A stretch of DNA of 64,000 bases from Patescibacteria group bacterium (GTDB lineage Bacteria > Patescibacteriota > Patescibacteriia > JBDRGY01): NCBI GenBank assembly GCA_043817315.1, contig JBDRGY010000016.1:69445-133444 (forward strand). Reading direction: 5' to 3'. Numbering within the stretch: the stretch's first letter is position 1; each line of letters starts with the position of its first letter. Shown here piece after piece: positions 1 through 9,700 of this stretch. A program made the position numbers and the translations under genes. The notes below the pieces were generated by a model. It was not told the origin of the DNA. It saw only the letters and a list, made by a program, of their open reading frames with translations, and ran no database searches.

Positions 1-335
1 CGGACATTGGTGTCCCGGCGACAGACGAAGTCGACCACGTCCATGGCCGCCTGGTCATCGATAACTGGGTCACCGATGAAGTCGGCAGCCAGGGTAGCGG
101 CACAGACACCGTTGCGCCTGGCCTCACCACTCTGCGGATGCTCGTCCAGTGGGCCACCACCAAAACCTATGGTGATGGCACCGTCGTCGTAGGCAGCCAT
201 CAGATCGGTCAGATCTGCCGGCTTCATTGGGAAGTCCGTGAACAACCACACGACTGCCGCCTCGTCCAGGTGAGGATCATCGTGGATCTCGGCCACCACA
301 GAGCGACCGGCTATCGTCAGGTTTGTCTGGAACAT
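1..335 (-). CDS. Partial CDS running off the left edge (N-terminal 111 or more aa); hypothetical, possibly a MYG1/UPF0160-like metal-dependent hydrolase
   Basis: Minus-strand translation from the ATG at 335 (MFQTNLTIAGRSVVAEIHDDPHLDEAAVVWLF...IGFGGGPLDEHPQSGE...) is open to position 1. An SD-like GAAGGGGGAC lies 7 nt upstream. GC is about 58% by eye against about 40% for the neighbours. The plus-strand ORFs 7..192 and 138..431 in the track are out-of-frame shadows of this gene. Confidence 0.4.
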   Translation of the reverse strand, partial: MFQTNLTIAGRSVVAEIHDDPHLDEAAVVWLFTDFPMKPADLTDLMAAYDDGAITIGFGGGPLDEHPQSGEARRNGVCAATLAADFIGDPVIDDQAAMDVVDFVCRRDTNV

Positions 336-527
336 TCCGTCGTCCCCCTTCTAAACAGGGTATGGTATGACACTAACCAACTTGCCAAAGAACGTACTAA
401 TTCAGGCGATAATGCCTCCTTGTGTTTTTAGTCTTTCAGTGACTACAGTTTCGTCAAAACACAGAACATGCAATCCTATCACAAAATCATAGTTCTGTCA
501 ATAGTTAATATCCACTGCTATAATACC

Positions 528-2276
528 AATATGCTCAAAAATGCCCAAAAACTGCCCCAAAAACCCGGTGTTTATCTCTATAAAAATAAGGATAAGCAAG
601 TGATATACGTGGGTAAAGCCAAGAATCTACGCAATCGGGTTAAGTCATATTTTCTCAAATCAGCTGATCTGGCTGCTGATAAAAAGCTGATGGTCGAGGA
701 GATCAAAAAGATAGATTACGTGGTTGTTGACAATGAACTGGAAGCTATCTACCTGGAATCCAATTTGATAAAAAAATATCATCCCAAATACAATATTATC
801 TTGCGTGACGATAAATTCTTCGTCTATATTAAAATTCCCAAAGAAGAATATCCCCGCGTTTTATTAACCCGCCGCCTTACCAAAGACAAGGCTCAATACT
901 TCGGTCCCTATCTGTCAGCCAAGCAGGCCAAACGAGTCATCTTCTCTTTACGCAAAATCTTCCCCCATCGCATCTGTAATGTGTTGCCTAAATCAGTCTG
1001 CCTAGAACATCATTTGGGCCATTGCAATGCCCCCTGTATCAAGGCCGTAACCAAGGTTGAATACAATGCAGTGGTTGATAATATCATTAACTTTTTGCGG
1101 GGGCGGTATTCTCCTGTTCTTAAACGTTTGAACAACCAGATGAAAACTTATTCCCAGGCCCAGCAGTATGAAAAAGCAGCCAAGCTGCGTGATCAAGTCG
1201 TGGCCCTGGAAATCATCATTGAAAAACAAAAGATAATATCTCCCCAACAGGAGAATCAAGATGTGATTAGCCTAACTAAAGAAAAGGACTGGGGGGTAAT
1301 TAATCTACTTCAAGTCCGATCGGGAAAACTCATTGATAGTCAAAATTTTATGCTGGACCATTTGGGTCAAAGTGCTAACTCTGAAATTTTAACTTCATTT
1401 GCCAAACAATATTACGCCAATACCGTGGATCATCCCCAGGAGATTGTCGTGGCTCAGCCGGTTGACCAAGTTGAAGTTAATAAGTTGACCAAAGCCAAGG
1501 TTATGGTGACTCAAAAAGGGAGAAAGAAACAGCTAATAAACCTGAGTCAACAGAACTCCAAAGAGTGGCTGCTTAAAAAAGACACTTTTGTCCGCAAAAG
1601 AGAACAAGCGGCCCGGTCAGCACTCAAAGAACTATCCGTCAAATTAAAGATAAAGATTCCGGGGCGCATTGAAGCCTATGACATAGCCAACATTCAAGGG
1701 CAAAATGCTACCGGCTCCATGGTAGTCTTTTGCGACGGTCAAGCGGACAAATCACAATACCGAAAATTCGCCATTAAAACTTTCGATACGGCCAATGACC
1801 CCGGCATGATTAAGGAAGTGCTGACCCGCCGCTTTGCTAAAAAGCACGGTTGGCCCAATCCTCAGCTAATCCTGATTGATGGTGGTAAGCCTCAGCTTAA
1901 TGCTGCCTTGGCAGCTCTAAAAGAAGCCCAAAAGAAAATTCCGATAATCGCTTTGGCCAAAAGACTGGAAGAAGTCTATCTCCCCCTAACCCCCAAACCA
2001 TATATTCTACCCCCAAATTCCCCGGCCCTTTATCTTATCCAAAGGATCAGGGATGAGGCCCACCGTTTTGCCACTGGTTTCTATCAGCAGAAACACCTCA
2101 AGAGAATTATCAGATCGAAGATGGAAGATATTGAAGGATTGGGACCCAAAAGAAGGAAATTACTTAAATCACAATTTGGCTCCCTGAAAAATATTAAACA
2201 GTCTGACCTGCCGGAATTAACCAAACTGGTCGGTCAAAAAACTGCCCGGAATATCATTAAATACCTGGGTAATTGA
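528..2276 (+). CDS. uvrC: Excinuclease ABC subunit C (UvrC)
   Basis: N-terminal GIY-YIG module (PGVYLYKNKDKQVIYVGKAKNLRNRVKSYF) and C-terminal HhH region in a 583-602 aa protein. Start trimmed to the ATG at 528 (MLKNAQKLPQKPGVY) so the N-terminus has the usual length before PGVY. Confidence 0.9.
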   Translation, partial: NMLKNAQKLPQKPGVYLYKNKDKQVIYVGKAKNLRNRVKSYFLKSADLAADKKLMVEEIKKIDYVVVDNELEAIYLESNLIKKYHPKYNIILRDDKFFVYIKIPKEEYPRVLLTRRLTKDKAQYFGPYLSAKQAKRVIFSLRKIFPHRICNVLPKSVCLEHHLGHCNAPCIKAVTKVEYNAVVDNIINFLRGRYSPVLKRLNNQMKTYSQAQQYEKAAKLRDQVVALEIIIEKQKIISPQQENQDVISLTKEKDWGVINLLQVRSGKLIDSQNFMLDHLGQSANSEILTSFAKQYYANTVDHPQEIVVAQPVDQVEVNKLTKAKVMVTQKGRKKQLINLSQQNSKEWLLKKDTFVRKREQAARSALKELSVKLKIKIPGRIEAYDIANIQGQNATGSMVVFCDGQADKSQYRKFAIKTFDTANDPGMIKEVLTRRFAKKHGWPNPQLILIDGGKPQLNAALAALKEAQKKIPIIALAKRLEEVYLPLTPKPYILPPNSPALYLIQRIRDEAHRFATGFYQQKHLKRIIRSKMEDIEGLGPKRRKLLKSQFGSLKNIKQSDLPELTKLVGQKTARNIIKYLGN

Positions 2277-2331
2277 CATTTTAACTGCCCTGTGCTATCC
2301 TGAATACACTTGATTTATACTTTGTTTCAAT

Positions 2332-2556
2332 ATGCAACAATACCTCTACATTGGACAGATAATTGTATCTGCCCTCTTGATCACAATGATTGTGCTGCAA
2401 AATAAAGGCGCCTCGATTGGCGGTCTTTTTGGCGGCGGAGGCGAAGGCAATGTGTATCGCACCAAAAGAGGAGCCGAAAAAATACTTTCAATTTCTACGG
2501 TAGTTTTAGCGATAATTTTTATGGGGCTGGGGTTAGTAAATATTCTAGTCTATTAA
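2332..2556 (+). CDS. secG: Preprotein translocase subunit SecG
   Basis: 74 aa with two TM helices and a central Gly-rich loop (GGLFGGGGEG), typical of SecG. Confidence 0.7.
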   Translation: MQQYLYIGQIIVSALLITMIVLQNKGASIGGLFGGGGEGNVYRTKRGAEKILSISTVVLAIIFMGLGLVNILVY

Positions 2557-2570
2557 ACTAAATAACTGAA

Positions 2571-4382
2571 GTGAACTTGTTTAGGAAGAAGACCTCTTCT
2601 AAAAATTCTAATAACGGCAACCTGAAAAATCGCCTGGTTCAACAAACCAATTTGGACAAGGAGCTGGTTTTCTCGTTGGCCAAAGGGCGTTGGCCCTCTT
2701 GGGGACAGATGAAATTCATTCCTCAATACCTTTCCGGGCTAGAAAAGCAGGTTGTAAGAATCACCGGCCTGGTTGTTGTCCTGGCTGTAATCGCTTTTGG
2801 AATCAGTATCTACCGACAACACGTCACCACAGTGGCTAAAGAGGGCGGCCAATACGTAGAAGGATTAATCGGGGCTCCTCAATTTATCAATCCCATCCTA
2901 GCCCAGGTTAATGATGTTGATATGGATATCAGCCGACTGGTTTTTTCTGGCCTATTGAAAAATGACGCCAATCAGGAATTGGTTCCGGATCTAGCAGAAC
3001 GTTTCGAAATCAGCCAAGATCAAAAAACATTCACTTTTTATTTACGTCAGAACGTCAAATGGCATGACGGGGTAGATTTTACAGTAGACGATGTCATTTT
3101 TACTCTACAAGCTATTCAAGATACAGAATACAACAGTCCCCTGATAACTAGTTTCGCAGGGGTGGGCATCGAGAGAGTAGATGATCACACTCTTACCCTT
3201 ATTCTGGATGAGCCCTTTGCTCCTTTTCTGTCCAGCTTAACTTTTGGCATCCTACCTGTGCACGTCTGGAACGAAATACCGCCCATGAACATCCAATTTA
3301 CGGAATACAATAAGAAGCCAACCGGTACCGGTCCCTATAAGTTCCAGCAGCTGGCTCGCGGCGCCCAGGGCAACATCAAGTCCTACACTTTATCCCGGAA
3401 CGAAGATTTCTATGACCAAAAACCGTATATTGAGGAAATCGTCTTTCGTTTTTATCCTGATTTCGAATCGGCGGTTGGCGCCTGGAACAATAACCGGGTA
3501 GAAGGCATTAGTTATCTGCCTCTTGAGATCAAATCTCTGATAAAAAAGGAAGATAATCTCAACTTCCACTCCATGCGCTTGCCCCAGTATACTGCTATTT
3601 TCTTTAATCAAAAAAATAATACTCTATTACAATCATTCGAGATACGAGAAGCCATGGCTCTGGCCATTGATAAGGCCAAAATCGTTAGTGAAGCTTTGGG
3701 CAATGAAGGAGAAATTATTCACGGACCAATTCTTCCTGGATTTGCCGGTTATCATTCTGATATCAAAAAATACGAATTTGACCCCATTAGGGCTCAAGAA
3801 ATTTTAGACGAAGAAGGATGGGAGTTAGTTGAAGAAAACGGGGAAAGGATTCGCCGAAAGGATGATTCCATCCTGGAGTTTGTACTGACAGTGGTCAATC
3901 AGCCAGAACAGATGAAGGCTGCCGAGGTATTAAAATCACTCTGGGAGAAAATCGGCATCAAAATTGAGATTCACTTAATGAACAACCAAATCGTAGAAAA
4001 TGAGGTGCTAAAACCACGTAACTACCAAATACTGTTGTTCGGCGAAATCGTGGGCATGGACCCTGATCCCTATCCTTTCTGGCATTCCACTCAAGTGGAA
4101 CATCCCGGGCTTAATCTGGCCCAGTTCAAAAACAAAGATGCTGATAAGTTGCTTGAGGAGGCTCGCAAATCTTCGGTTGTCGATGAACGCACCGCAAAAT
4201 ATAAAGAGTTCCAAGACATTCTAGCCGATGAACTCCCTGCCATTTTCCTCTATAATCCATTTTATACCTATAGTGTCTCCCAGAAAGTTAAAGGCATAGA
4301 ATCAATCTATATTACGACACCATCTGATCGTTTTACCAATATTCAAAACTGGTATATCAAAACCAGGAGGGTGTGGCAATAA
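2571..4382 (+). CDS. Extracellular solute-binding protein, family 5 (oligopeptide/nickel-type), with an N-terminal membrane anchor
   Basis: 603 aa; GTG start; single N-terminal TM segment (ITGLVVVLAVIAFGISIY) followed by a large family-5 SBP-like domain (EGLIGAPQFINPILA...WHDGVDFTVDDVIFT...). No permease or ATPase genes are adjacent. Confidence 0.65.
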   Translation: MNLFRKKTSSKNSNNGNLKNRLVQQTNLDKELVFSLAKGRWPSWGQMKFIPQYLSGLEKQVVRITGLVVVLAVIAFGISIYRQHVTTVAKEGGQYVEGLIGAPQFINPILAQVNDVDMDISRLVFSGLLKNDANQELVPDLAERFEISQDQKTFTFYLRQNVKWHDGVDFTVDDVIFTLQAIQDTEYNSPLITSFAGVGIERVDDHTLTLILDEPFAPFLSSLTFGILPVHVWNEIPPMNIQFTEYNKKPTGTGPYKFQQLARGAQGNIKSYTLSRNEDFYDQKPYIEEIVFRFYPDFESAVGAWNNNRVEGISYLPLEIKSLIKKEDNLNFHSMRLPQYTAIFFNQKNNTLLQSFEIREAMALAIDKAKIVSEALGNEGEIIHGPILPGFAGYHSDIKKYEFDPIRAQEILDEEGWELVEENGERIRRKDDSILEFVLTVVNQPEQMKAAEVLKSLWEKIGIKIEIHLMNNQIVENEVLKPRNYQILLFGEIVGMDPDPYPFWHSTQVEHPGLNLAQFKNKDADKLLEEARKSSVVDERTAKYKEFQDILADELPAIFLYNPFYTYSVSQKVKGIESIYITTPSDRFTNIQNWYIKTRRVWQ

Positions 4383-4410
4383 GAATAAACTAATCACCAA
4401 AGAACTCTGG

Positions 4411-4438
4411 ACCAAGAACTAATAGTTTTGTTCTTGGT
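4411..4438 (+). terminator. Hairpin downstream of the SBP gene (weak U tail)
   Basis: ACCAAGAAC...GUUCUUGGU stem, then UCAAAG. Confidence 0.35.
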
Positions 4439-4456
4439 TCAAAGTAAGTTATATTC

Positions 4457-4500
4457 GCCAGAGTGGTGGAACTGGTAGACCCCGTCATAAGGACGGGGCA
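4457..4500 (+). pseudogene. Truncated, degenerate tRNA-Leu(UAA)-like 5' fragment
   Basis: GCCAGAGTGGTGGAACTGGTAGAC is near-identical to the acceptor/D-arm of the downstream tRNA-Leu(CAG), and a CCCGT/ACGGG stem carries the loop CATAAGG (anticodon UAA). There is no T-arm or 3' acceptor strand, the D-stem does not pair, and the stem register is shifted by 2. Confidence 0.4.
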
Positions 4501-4526
4501 GGCAGGCAGCAATTCAATTTAAACGA

Positions 4527-4610
4527 GCTGGAGTGGCGGAACTGGTAGACGCGCACGGTTCAGGTCCGTGTGCCCAATGGGGCGTGGAGGTTCGAGTCCT
4601 CTCTCCAGCA
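4527..4610 (+). tRNA. tRNA-Leu (anticodon CAG)
   Basis: Hand-folded cloverleaf: acceptor GCTGGAG/CTCCAGC, D-stem GCG/CGC, anticodon stem CACGG/CCGTG with loop TTCAGGT (CAG), long variable arm, T-arm GGAGG-TTCGAGT-CCTCT, discriminator A. No CCA is encoded. Confidence 0.85.
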
Positions 4611-4766
4611 TTACAAAAATATGTCCTTGCCCCGCCGTATGGTGGGGTCCCCTCTGGCACCAATATTTGTATCGTGTAATACGTAATGGTTAACGAGAAT
4701 ACCCGTTCCGCGTTACACATTTCCCGTTACTCATTACTTATTAATTACTAATTATTTTATAAAATT

Positions 4767-6485
4767 ATGACAGCTAAACAAGCAAGCTCGAGGAGAACAA
4801 CCGCTAAGAAAAAAAGGTTCGATAAAACTAAATTGAAAATTATTTTCTTGGGCGGTTTAGAAGAAGTCGGCCGTAATATGATGCTGATGGAATACGGATC
4901 GGACATTATTATTATTGATATGGGTTTGCAATTTCCTGAAGAAGACATGCCCGGCATCGACTACATTATCCCTGATATATCATACCTCAAGGGCAAAGAA
5001 AGCTGGATTAGGGGAGTTATTATCACCCATGGCCATTATGATCATATCGGTGGTATTCCTCACTTACTGCCCAGATTGGGCATGCCCCCAATCTATACAG
5101 GCCGCCTCAGCCGGGCCATCATTGAAAAAAGGCAGACCGACTACAACCATTCCAAGAAAATTAAGATAAACACGGTTAACCAAAATGATACTTTGAAATT
5201 AGGCATCTTCAAAGTCGGCTTCTTCCATGTTAATCACAATATCCCCGACTGCTTGGGGGTTTATATCGATACTCCAGTGGGGAGATTCCTGCATACCGGT
5301 GATTTTAAATTTGACCACAGCCCGGTTAATGACCCGCCAGCTGATATCGCCCAAATCGCTAAAATCTGCGAGGGGGGAATCGTAGCCGCCATGGTAGACA
5401 GCACCAACGCCGATCAAGAGGGCAATTCCATTTCCGAAAAAACTATCTTTGATACTTTAGATGGCATATTTGATAAGGCAGACGGCCGCATTATTGCCGC
5501 CACTTTTTCTTCCTTGCTATCACGTATCCAACAGATTTTTACCCTTTCGGAGAAATACGGCCGCAAAGTAATAGTAGAAGGTTATAGCATGAAGACCAAT
5601 GTGGAAATTGCCATCAAGTTAGGCTATCTTAAGGTCGCTAAGAACACCCTGATTTCCATCAAACAGTTGAGAGACTACCCCAATGATAAAATCACCATCA
5701 TGTGTACTGGAGCCCAGGGTGAAGACAACGCAGTGCTGATGAGAATTGCCAACAAGGAGCATCGTCAAATCAGAGTGGATAATGGGGATACCATTATTTT
5801 CTCTTCTTCGGTGGTTCCTGGTAACGAAAGATCAGTTCAGGGGCTAAAAGACGTTTTGTTCAAACAAGGTGCTAAAGTAATTCACTACAAGATGATGGAT
5901 GTTCACACCGGTGGACACGCCAGGCAGGAAGATTTGAAAATGATGTTCCGCTTGATCAACCCCAAATACTACATGCCCATAGAGGGCAACTACTTTATGC
6001 TAAAGATCCACGCCGATCTGATTGCCAGCCTGGGCATGCCTCCAGAGAATATCTTTGTGGCTGAAAACGGCCAAGTGGTTGAAGTCGATAAACAAAAAGC
6101 AGTGCTCACTAAAAAGAAAGTTCCCACTGACTACGTCATGGTCGACGGTCTGGGTGTAGGTGATGTCGGTCATGTTGTTCTTAGAGACCGCCAGATGATG
6201 GCCGCTGATGGTATGTTTGTGGTCATTGCCGTTATCGATAAAAAGAGGGGCGGACTAGCTCGCGATGTGGACGTTATCTCGCGGGGCTTTGTCTATATGA
6301 AGGGCTCTGATCAGTTAATCCAGGAAGCCAAGAAAAAGGCTCGTGAGATTATCAACAGGCACGCTCACGGAGAAGCGCCTAATTGGACCTACATCAGAAA
6401 CCGTCTTAGAGACGATATCGGCCAGTTTCTTTTCAAAAAAACGCAGCGTCGACCCATGGTACTGCCGGTAGTTACCGAGATATAA
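4767..6485 (+). CDS. rnj: Ribonuclease J (metallo-beta-lactamase / beta-CASP RNase)
   Basis: HGHYDH zinc motif, IFLGGLEEVGRNMMLMEY N-terminus and about 570 aa length, typical of RNase J. Confidence 0.9.
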   Translation: MTAKQASSRRTTAKKKRFDKTKLKIIFLGGLEEVGRNMMLMEYGSDIIIIDMGLQFPEEDMPGIDYIIPDISYLKGKESWIRGVIITHGHYDHIGGIPHLLPRLGMPPIYTGRLSRAIIEKRQTDYNHSKKIKINTVNQNDTLKLGIFKVGFFHVNHNIPDCLGVYIDTPVGRFLHTGDFKFDHSPVNDPPADIAQIAKICEGGIVAAMVDSTNADQEGNSISEKTIFDTLDGIFDKADGRIIAATFSSLLSRIQQIFTLSEKYGRKVIVEGYSMKTNVEIAIKLGYLKVAKNTLISIKQLRDYPNDKITIMCTGAQGEDNAVLMRIANKEHRQIRVDNGDTIIFSSSVVPGNERSVQGLKDVLFKQGAKVIHYKMMDVHTGGHARQEDLKMMFRLINPKYYMPIEGNYFMLKIHADLIASLGMPPENIFVAENGQVVEVDKQKAVLTKKKVPTDYVMVDGLGVGDVGHVVLRDRQMMAADGMFVVIAVIDKKRGGLARDVDVISRGFVYMKGSDQLIQEAKKKAREIINRHAHGEAPNWTYIRNRLRDDIGQFLFKKTQRRPMVLPVVTEI

Positions 6486-6514
6486 ATACTTTCTTTCAGG
6501 CCGCCTGGGGGGGG

Positions 6515-6543
6515 TTGACTATTTGCTATTTTTGCGCTATAAT
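6515..6543 (+). promoter_or_regulatory. Near-consensus sigma70 promoter (TTGACT, 17 nt spacer, TATAAT)
   Basis: ttgact (6515-6520), 17-nt spacer, tataat (6538-6543). Confidence 0.6.
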
Positions 6544-6655
6544 ATATATAGTGATAGGTAGAATAATTAACTTAAATTTTTTGTTTTACCGGGAAGCCAA
6601 AACAAAAATAGAATTACCTATTTTTGGGGCTTGTTTTCAGAATATTAAATATAAT

Positions 6656-6678
6656 GACCGTCTGGGACGGTCTTTTTT
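6656..6678 (+). terminator. Intrinsic terminator / attenuator hairpin in the leader of the 1463-aa gene
   Basis: GACCGUC-UGG-GACGGUC followed by UUUUUU. It lies 47 nt upstream of the ATG at 6726 and about 105 nt downstream of the promoter. Confidence 0.6.
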
Positions 6679-6725
6679 ATATATAAATTAAGGTAATATT
6701 AGTTATTAATTAAAGGAGAAAAGCT

Positions 6726-9700
6726 ATGAAGAAACTAAAGAAGACCAAAATAATAGTCAGTACTTTGACTGTTTTGGCTTTAGTGGTCCCTTTGGCTATG
6801 GGTAATTCCATCCAAACCGCCCAAGCGGGGGACGACAGTCGCATTTCAGCTGTAGCTGTGGCTACTGGTTATTCTAAGACGGCCGGCGCCACCACCAGCT
6901 ATACTGTCACTTTCACCGTGCCGTCTGGACATCCAATTAATGTCGGTACCAGCGTCAGTCTGCGTTTTCAGGGATCAGGTTGTCCCTGGGACATTGACTG
7001 GATGCAATGCCAATTTGATTTAGAAAATGCCACTGTTGCTACCGGCAGTTTCACCATTGCCGATCAGTGGTCAGAGGGCAGCGAAGGTATTGGTTTTGCA
7101 GCCAACGCCAAGTTGTCAGCAGGCAGCTACACTGTCACAATCAGTAATGTAGGAAACCCGGCGGTAATCGGAGGACTTTACCAGATCTTTGGCTCGACTC
7201 GAGTCCAAGACGATCCACCCGAAGAAGGAGTAGAACAACCAATGACTCCATCCAACGCTCTGTTGCTGGGCAATGTGATAGTGACCGGTACCGTCTATGA
7301 TACTGATGGCACTACTCCCATGCAGAACGTCTGGGTGCAGCTACACTCTAATGATTGGAGTGTCGATTTTGGCAGCAATACCAACTCCAACGGTCAATAC
7401 GCCTTAATTGGTGCATTGGCTAACGGTACCTATACCATGGAAGCCCATGCCCCCTGGGAAAACACTGATGTCCTCTCGCCTGATCCAAAAACTGTTAACT
7501 ATAGCGGCACTACTTTAACCAGTAACTTCGCCATGATTGCCCCGGTCAAGACTATCAAAGCATATGTAAAGTATAATAACGGTGTTCCCTGCACCTCAGC
7601 CCGGGTAAATGCCAACAAAAGAGACGGTGGTGGTGGCTCAGGAGCAAGAGTTGATGCTAACGGTCTAGCTCAATTCAGCGTCTCCGGCGGCAACTGGGAA
7701 TTAAGACCAGAATGCGGCTGGGATCCGGAAAACAACCAACCGTTAAATTGTAACTGGGCCTTCAACCAACCAGGACAACAGGTCAGTTTCACTAATGACA
7801 GCTCTACAGAAACCAAAACTGTCAATCTGACTGTTCAACAAACCAACGCCAAAATAAAAGGAACCGTTAAGCTGCCCAATGGCACTTTGCTTTCCAACGG
7901 ATTTGTTGATATCAGATCGGGCGGACCAGACGGCGGTGGTGGTAACGGCAGCGGTCTCTGGAACGGTGCATTCGATGCTAACGTCATGGCTGGTAATTAT
8001 AAAGTATCTGTCCATCCTGACGACCAAAATCCTGATCTGGCCAGATATTATTCTGATGAGGTGGATGTCAATGTGGGAGTAGGAGAAACGAAAACTCTCA
8101 ATATCACCATGAAACAAAAGACTTCAAAGATCACCGGTACGGTTAAGAACAAAACTACCGGAGCCGGTGTAGAAGGAGTCTGGCTGAATACTTGGAAAAG
8201 AGAGGGTCAAGGTTGGTCCAATACTCAAAGTGGTGCCAATGGCGCTTTCACCTTCTGGGTATCAGCTGGTGATTGGGAGTTTAATGTTGACACTCATCGC
8301 CGCGACGAAAATCAAGCCACCACCTATATTCCCGCTGACAGTAAAATGCACAGCGTGTCTGTCGGTAACAATGAAACAGTCTCCGGCATGGTCATCAACG
8401 TCCAAGAGGCTGATGCCAACATCAGCGTCAAAGCTGTTGATAAAAATGGTGCCGCCATTACCGAAGATACCTGGGGCTGGGCCTTCTGTCGCAAAAAAGG
8501 CCAAGGCTGGGGCCCTGGTAATGAATTTGGTTCCGGCATGCAGCAAGGAACAGCCAATATTCCTCTAATCGGTGGCTTTACCTACATCTGTGGTATGCAC
8601 AACCCTCCAGATAGTCCTTTTCTTCTAGAAGAGGATAAAGAAGTAACTGTGGCCGCTGGCCAAACAGCTCAAGTCAATCTTACCCTCTTGGAACCAGATT
8701 CAGCCATCATCGGTTGGGTCAAAGACCAACAGGGAAATATAGTAAAAAATATGGGTAACCAGGCTGAAGTGTTTGCGGTGGAAGCTGGCGGAAACTGGGA
8801 ATGGCGACCAGGTAGGCTAAATGATGACGGCAGTTACGAAGTAAATCTCCTGGGTGGCCCTGACAAAATATATATGGTCGGCTTTCGCGTCTGGGGCATG
8901 GAGAAGGGTGAATCGGAATTTGTGGAAACCCATCCTGAACCCGATGACTCAATCAGGGTGCCGGCTAATTCTGAAGTAACCAAGATCATTACTGCCTTTA
9001 GGGCCGACACCTACATCTCCGGTCAAGTGCTAGATCCTAGCGGTAACCCCATGGGTAACGTCTGGGTAGGCGCTGATAACCACCAAGCTATGGAAGGTAA
9101 GATCAAGGGTGATTTTGAAGGCGGTAAAGTGTTCAATACTGGGACTGGAACCAGGCCAGATGGCACCTTTAAGCTCAATATCGTCTCTGGCACTTTTAAT
9201 CTGTATTCCGGTACGCCCCCAGAATTCCAGAATGACTTCATGTCCCCCAGAGAAAGACAAGTTACTGTGACCTCTGCCTCCCCGGCCGAAGGAATCGTTA
9301 TGCAATATCGACAGGCTGACGCCTTTATCACGGCTGCGGCCACTCTGCCTAGTGGTTCTTCTCCGATGTTCGGTTGGTGCCATGCTTGGAATCCGGAAGG
9401 CGGTCATTCCGGCCGAGACATCTTTGACGGCCAACCCGCCAGAATTCCTCTAACTGCTGGCACTTGGTTTGTCGGCTGCGACACTATGGATCCGGAAACC
9501 AACAAATTCTACCGCTCCGAAGAACAAAGAGTCTCTGTAGCAACTGGCGATGACAAGTCATTGTCTTTCAGCATGACCGAAGAATCATATACAATTCCTG
9601 AGCCGTTCAGCCAAACCTTTACTGCTTCTCAGCTCAACGTCTTCACCTTGCCTGACGGTACTACTGTCACTCTGCCGGCCAATGCCGCTGGCAGCGAAGA

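Noticed and set aside
7-431. Plus-strand ORFs 7..192 and 138..431 in the GC-rich left edge
   Set aside because: A longer minus-strand frame runs uninterrupted from the ATG at 335 to the window edge with an SD-like sequence upstream. The plus-strand ORFs are shadow frames of that GC-rich gene.
4457-4610. Reading the whole 154-nt stretch as one intron-containing tRNA-Leu(UAA), by analogy with the cyanobacterial group I intron
   Set aside because: The downstream part folds as a complete independent tRNA-Leu(CAG) with its own acceptor stem. The upstream part has no matching 3' half, so it is a fragment and not a split or intron-containing gene.
4611-4766. Hairpins (CCCCGCC-guau-GGUGGGG; GUGUAAUACG…CGCGUUACAC) between tRNA-Leu and rnj as a riboswitch
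   Set aside because: Plausible RNase J 5'-UTR structure, but too short and unconstrained to call. Noted only as a possible autoregulatory leader.
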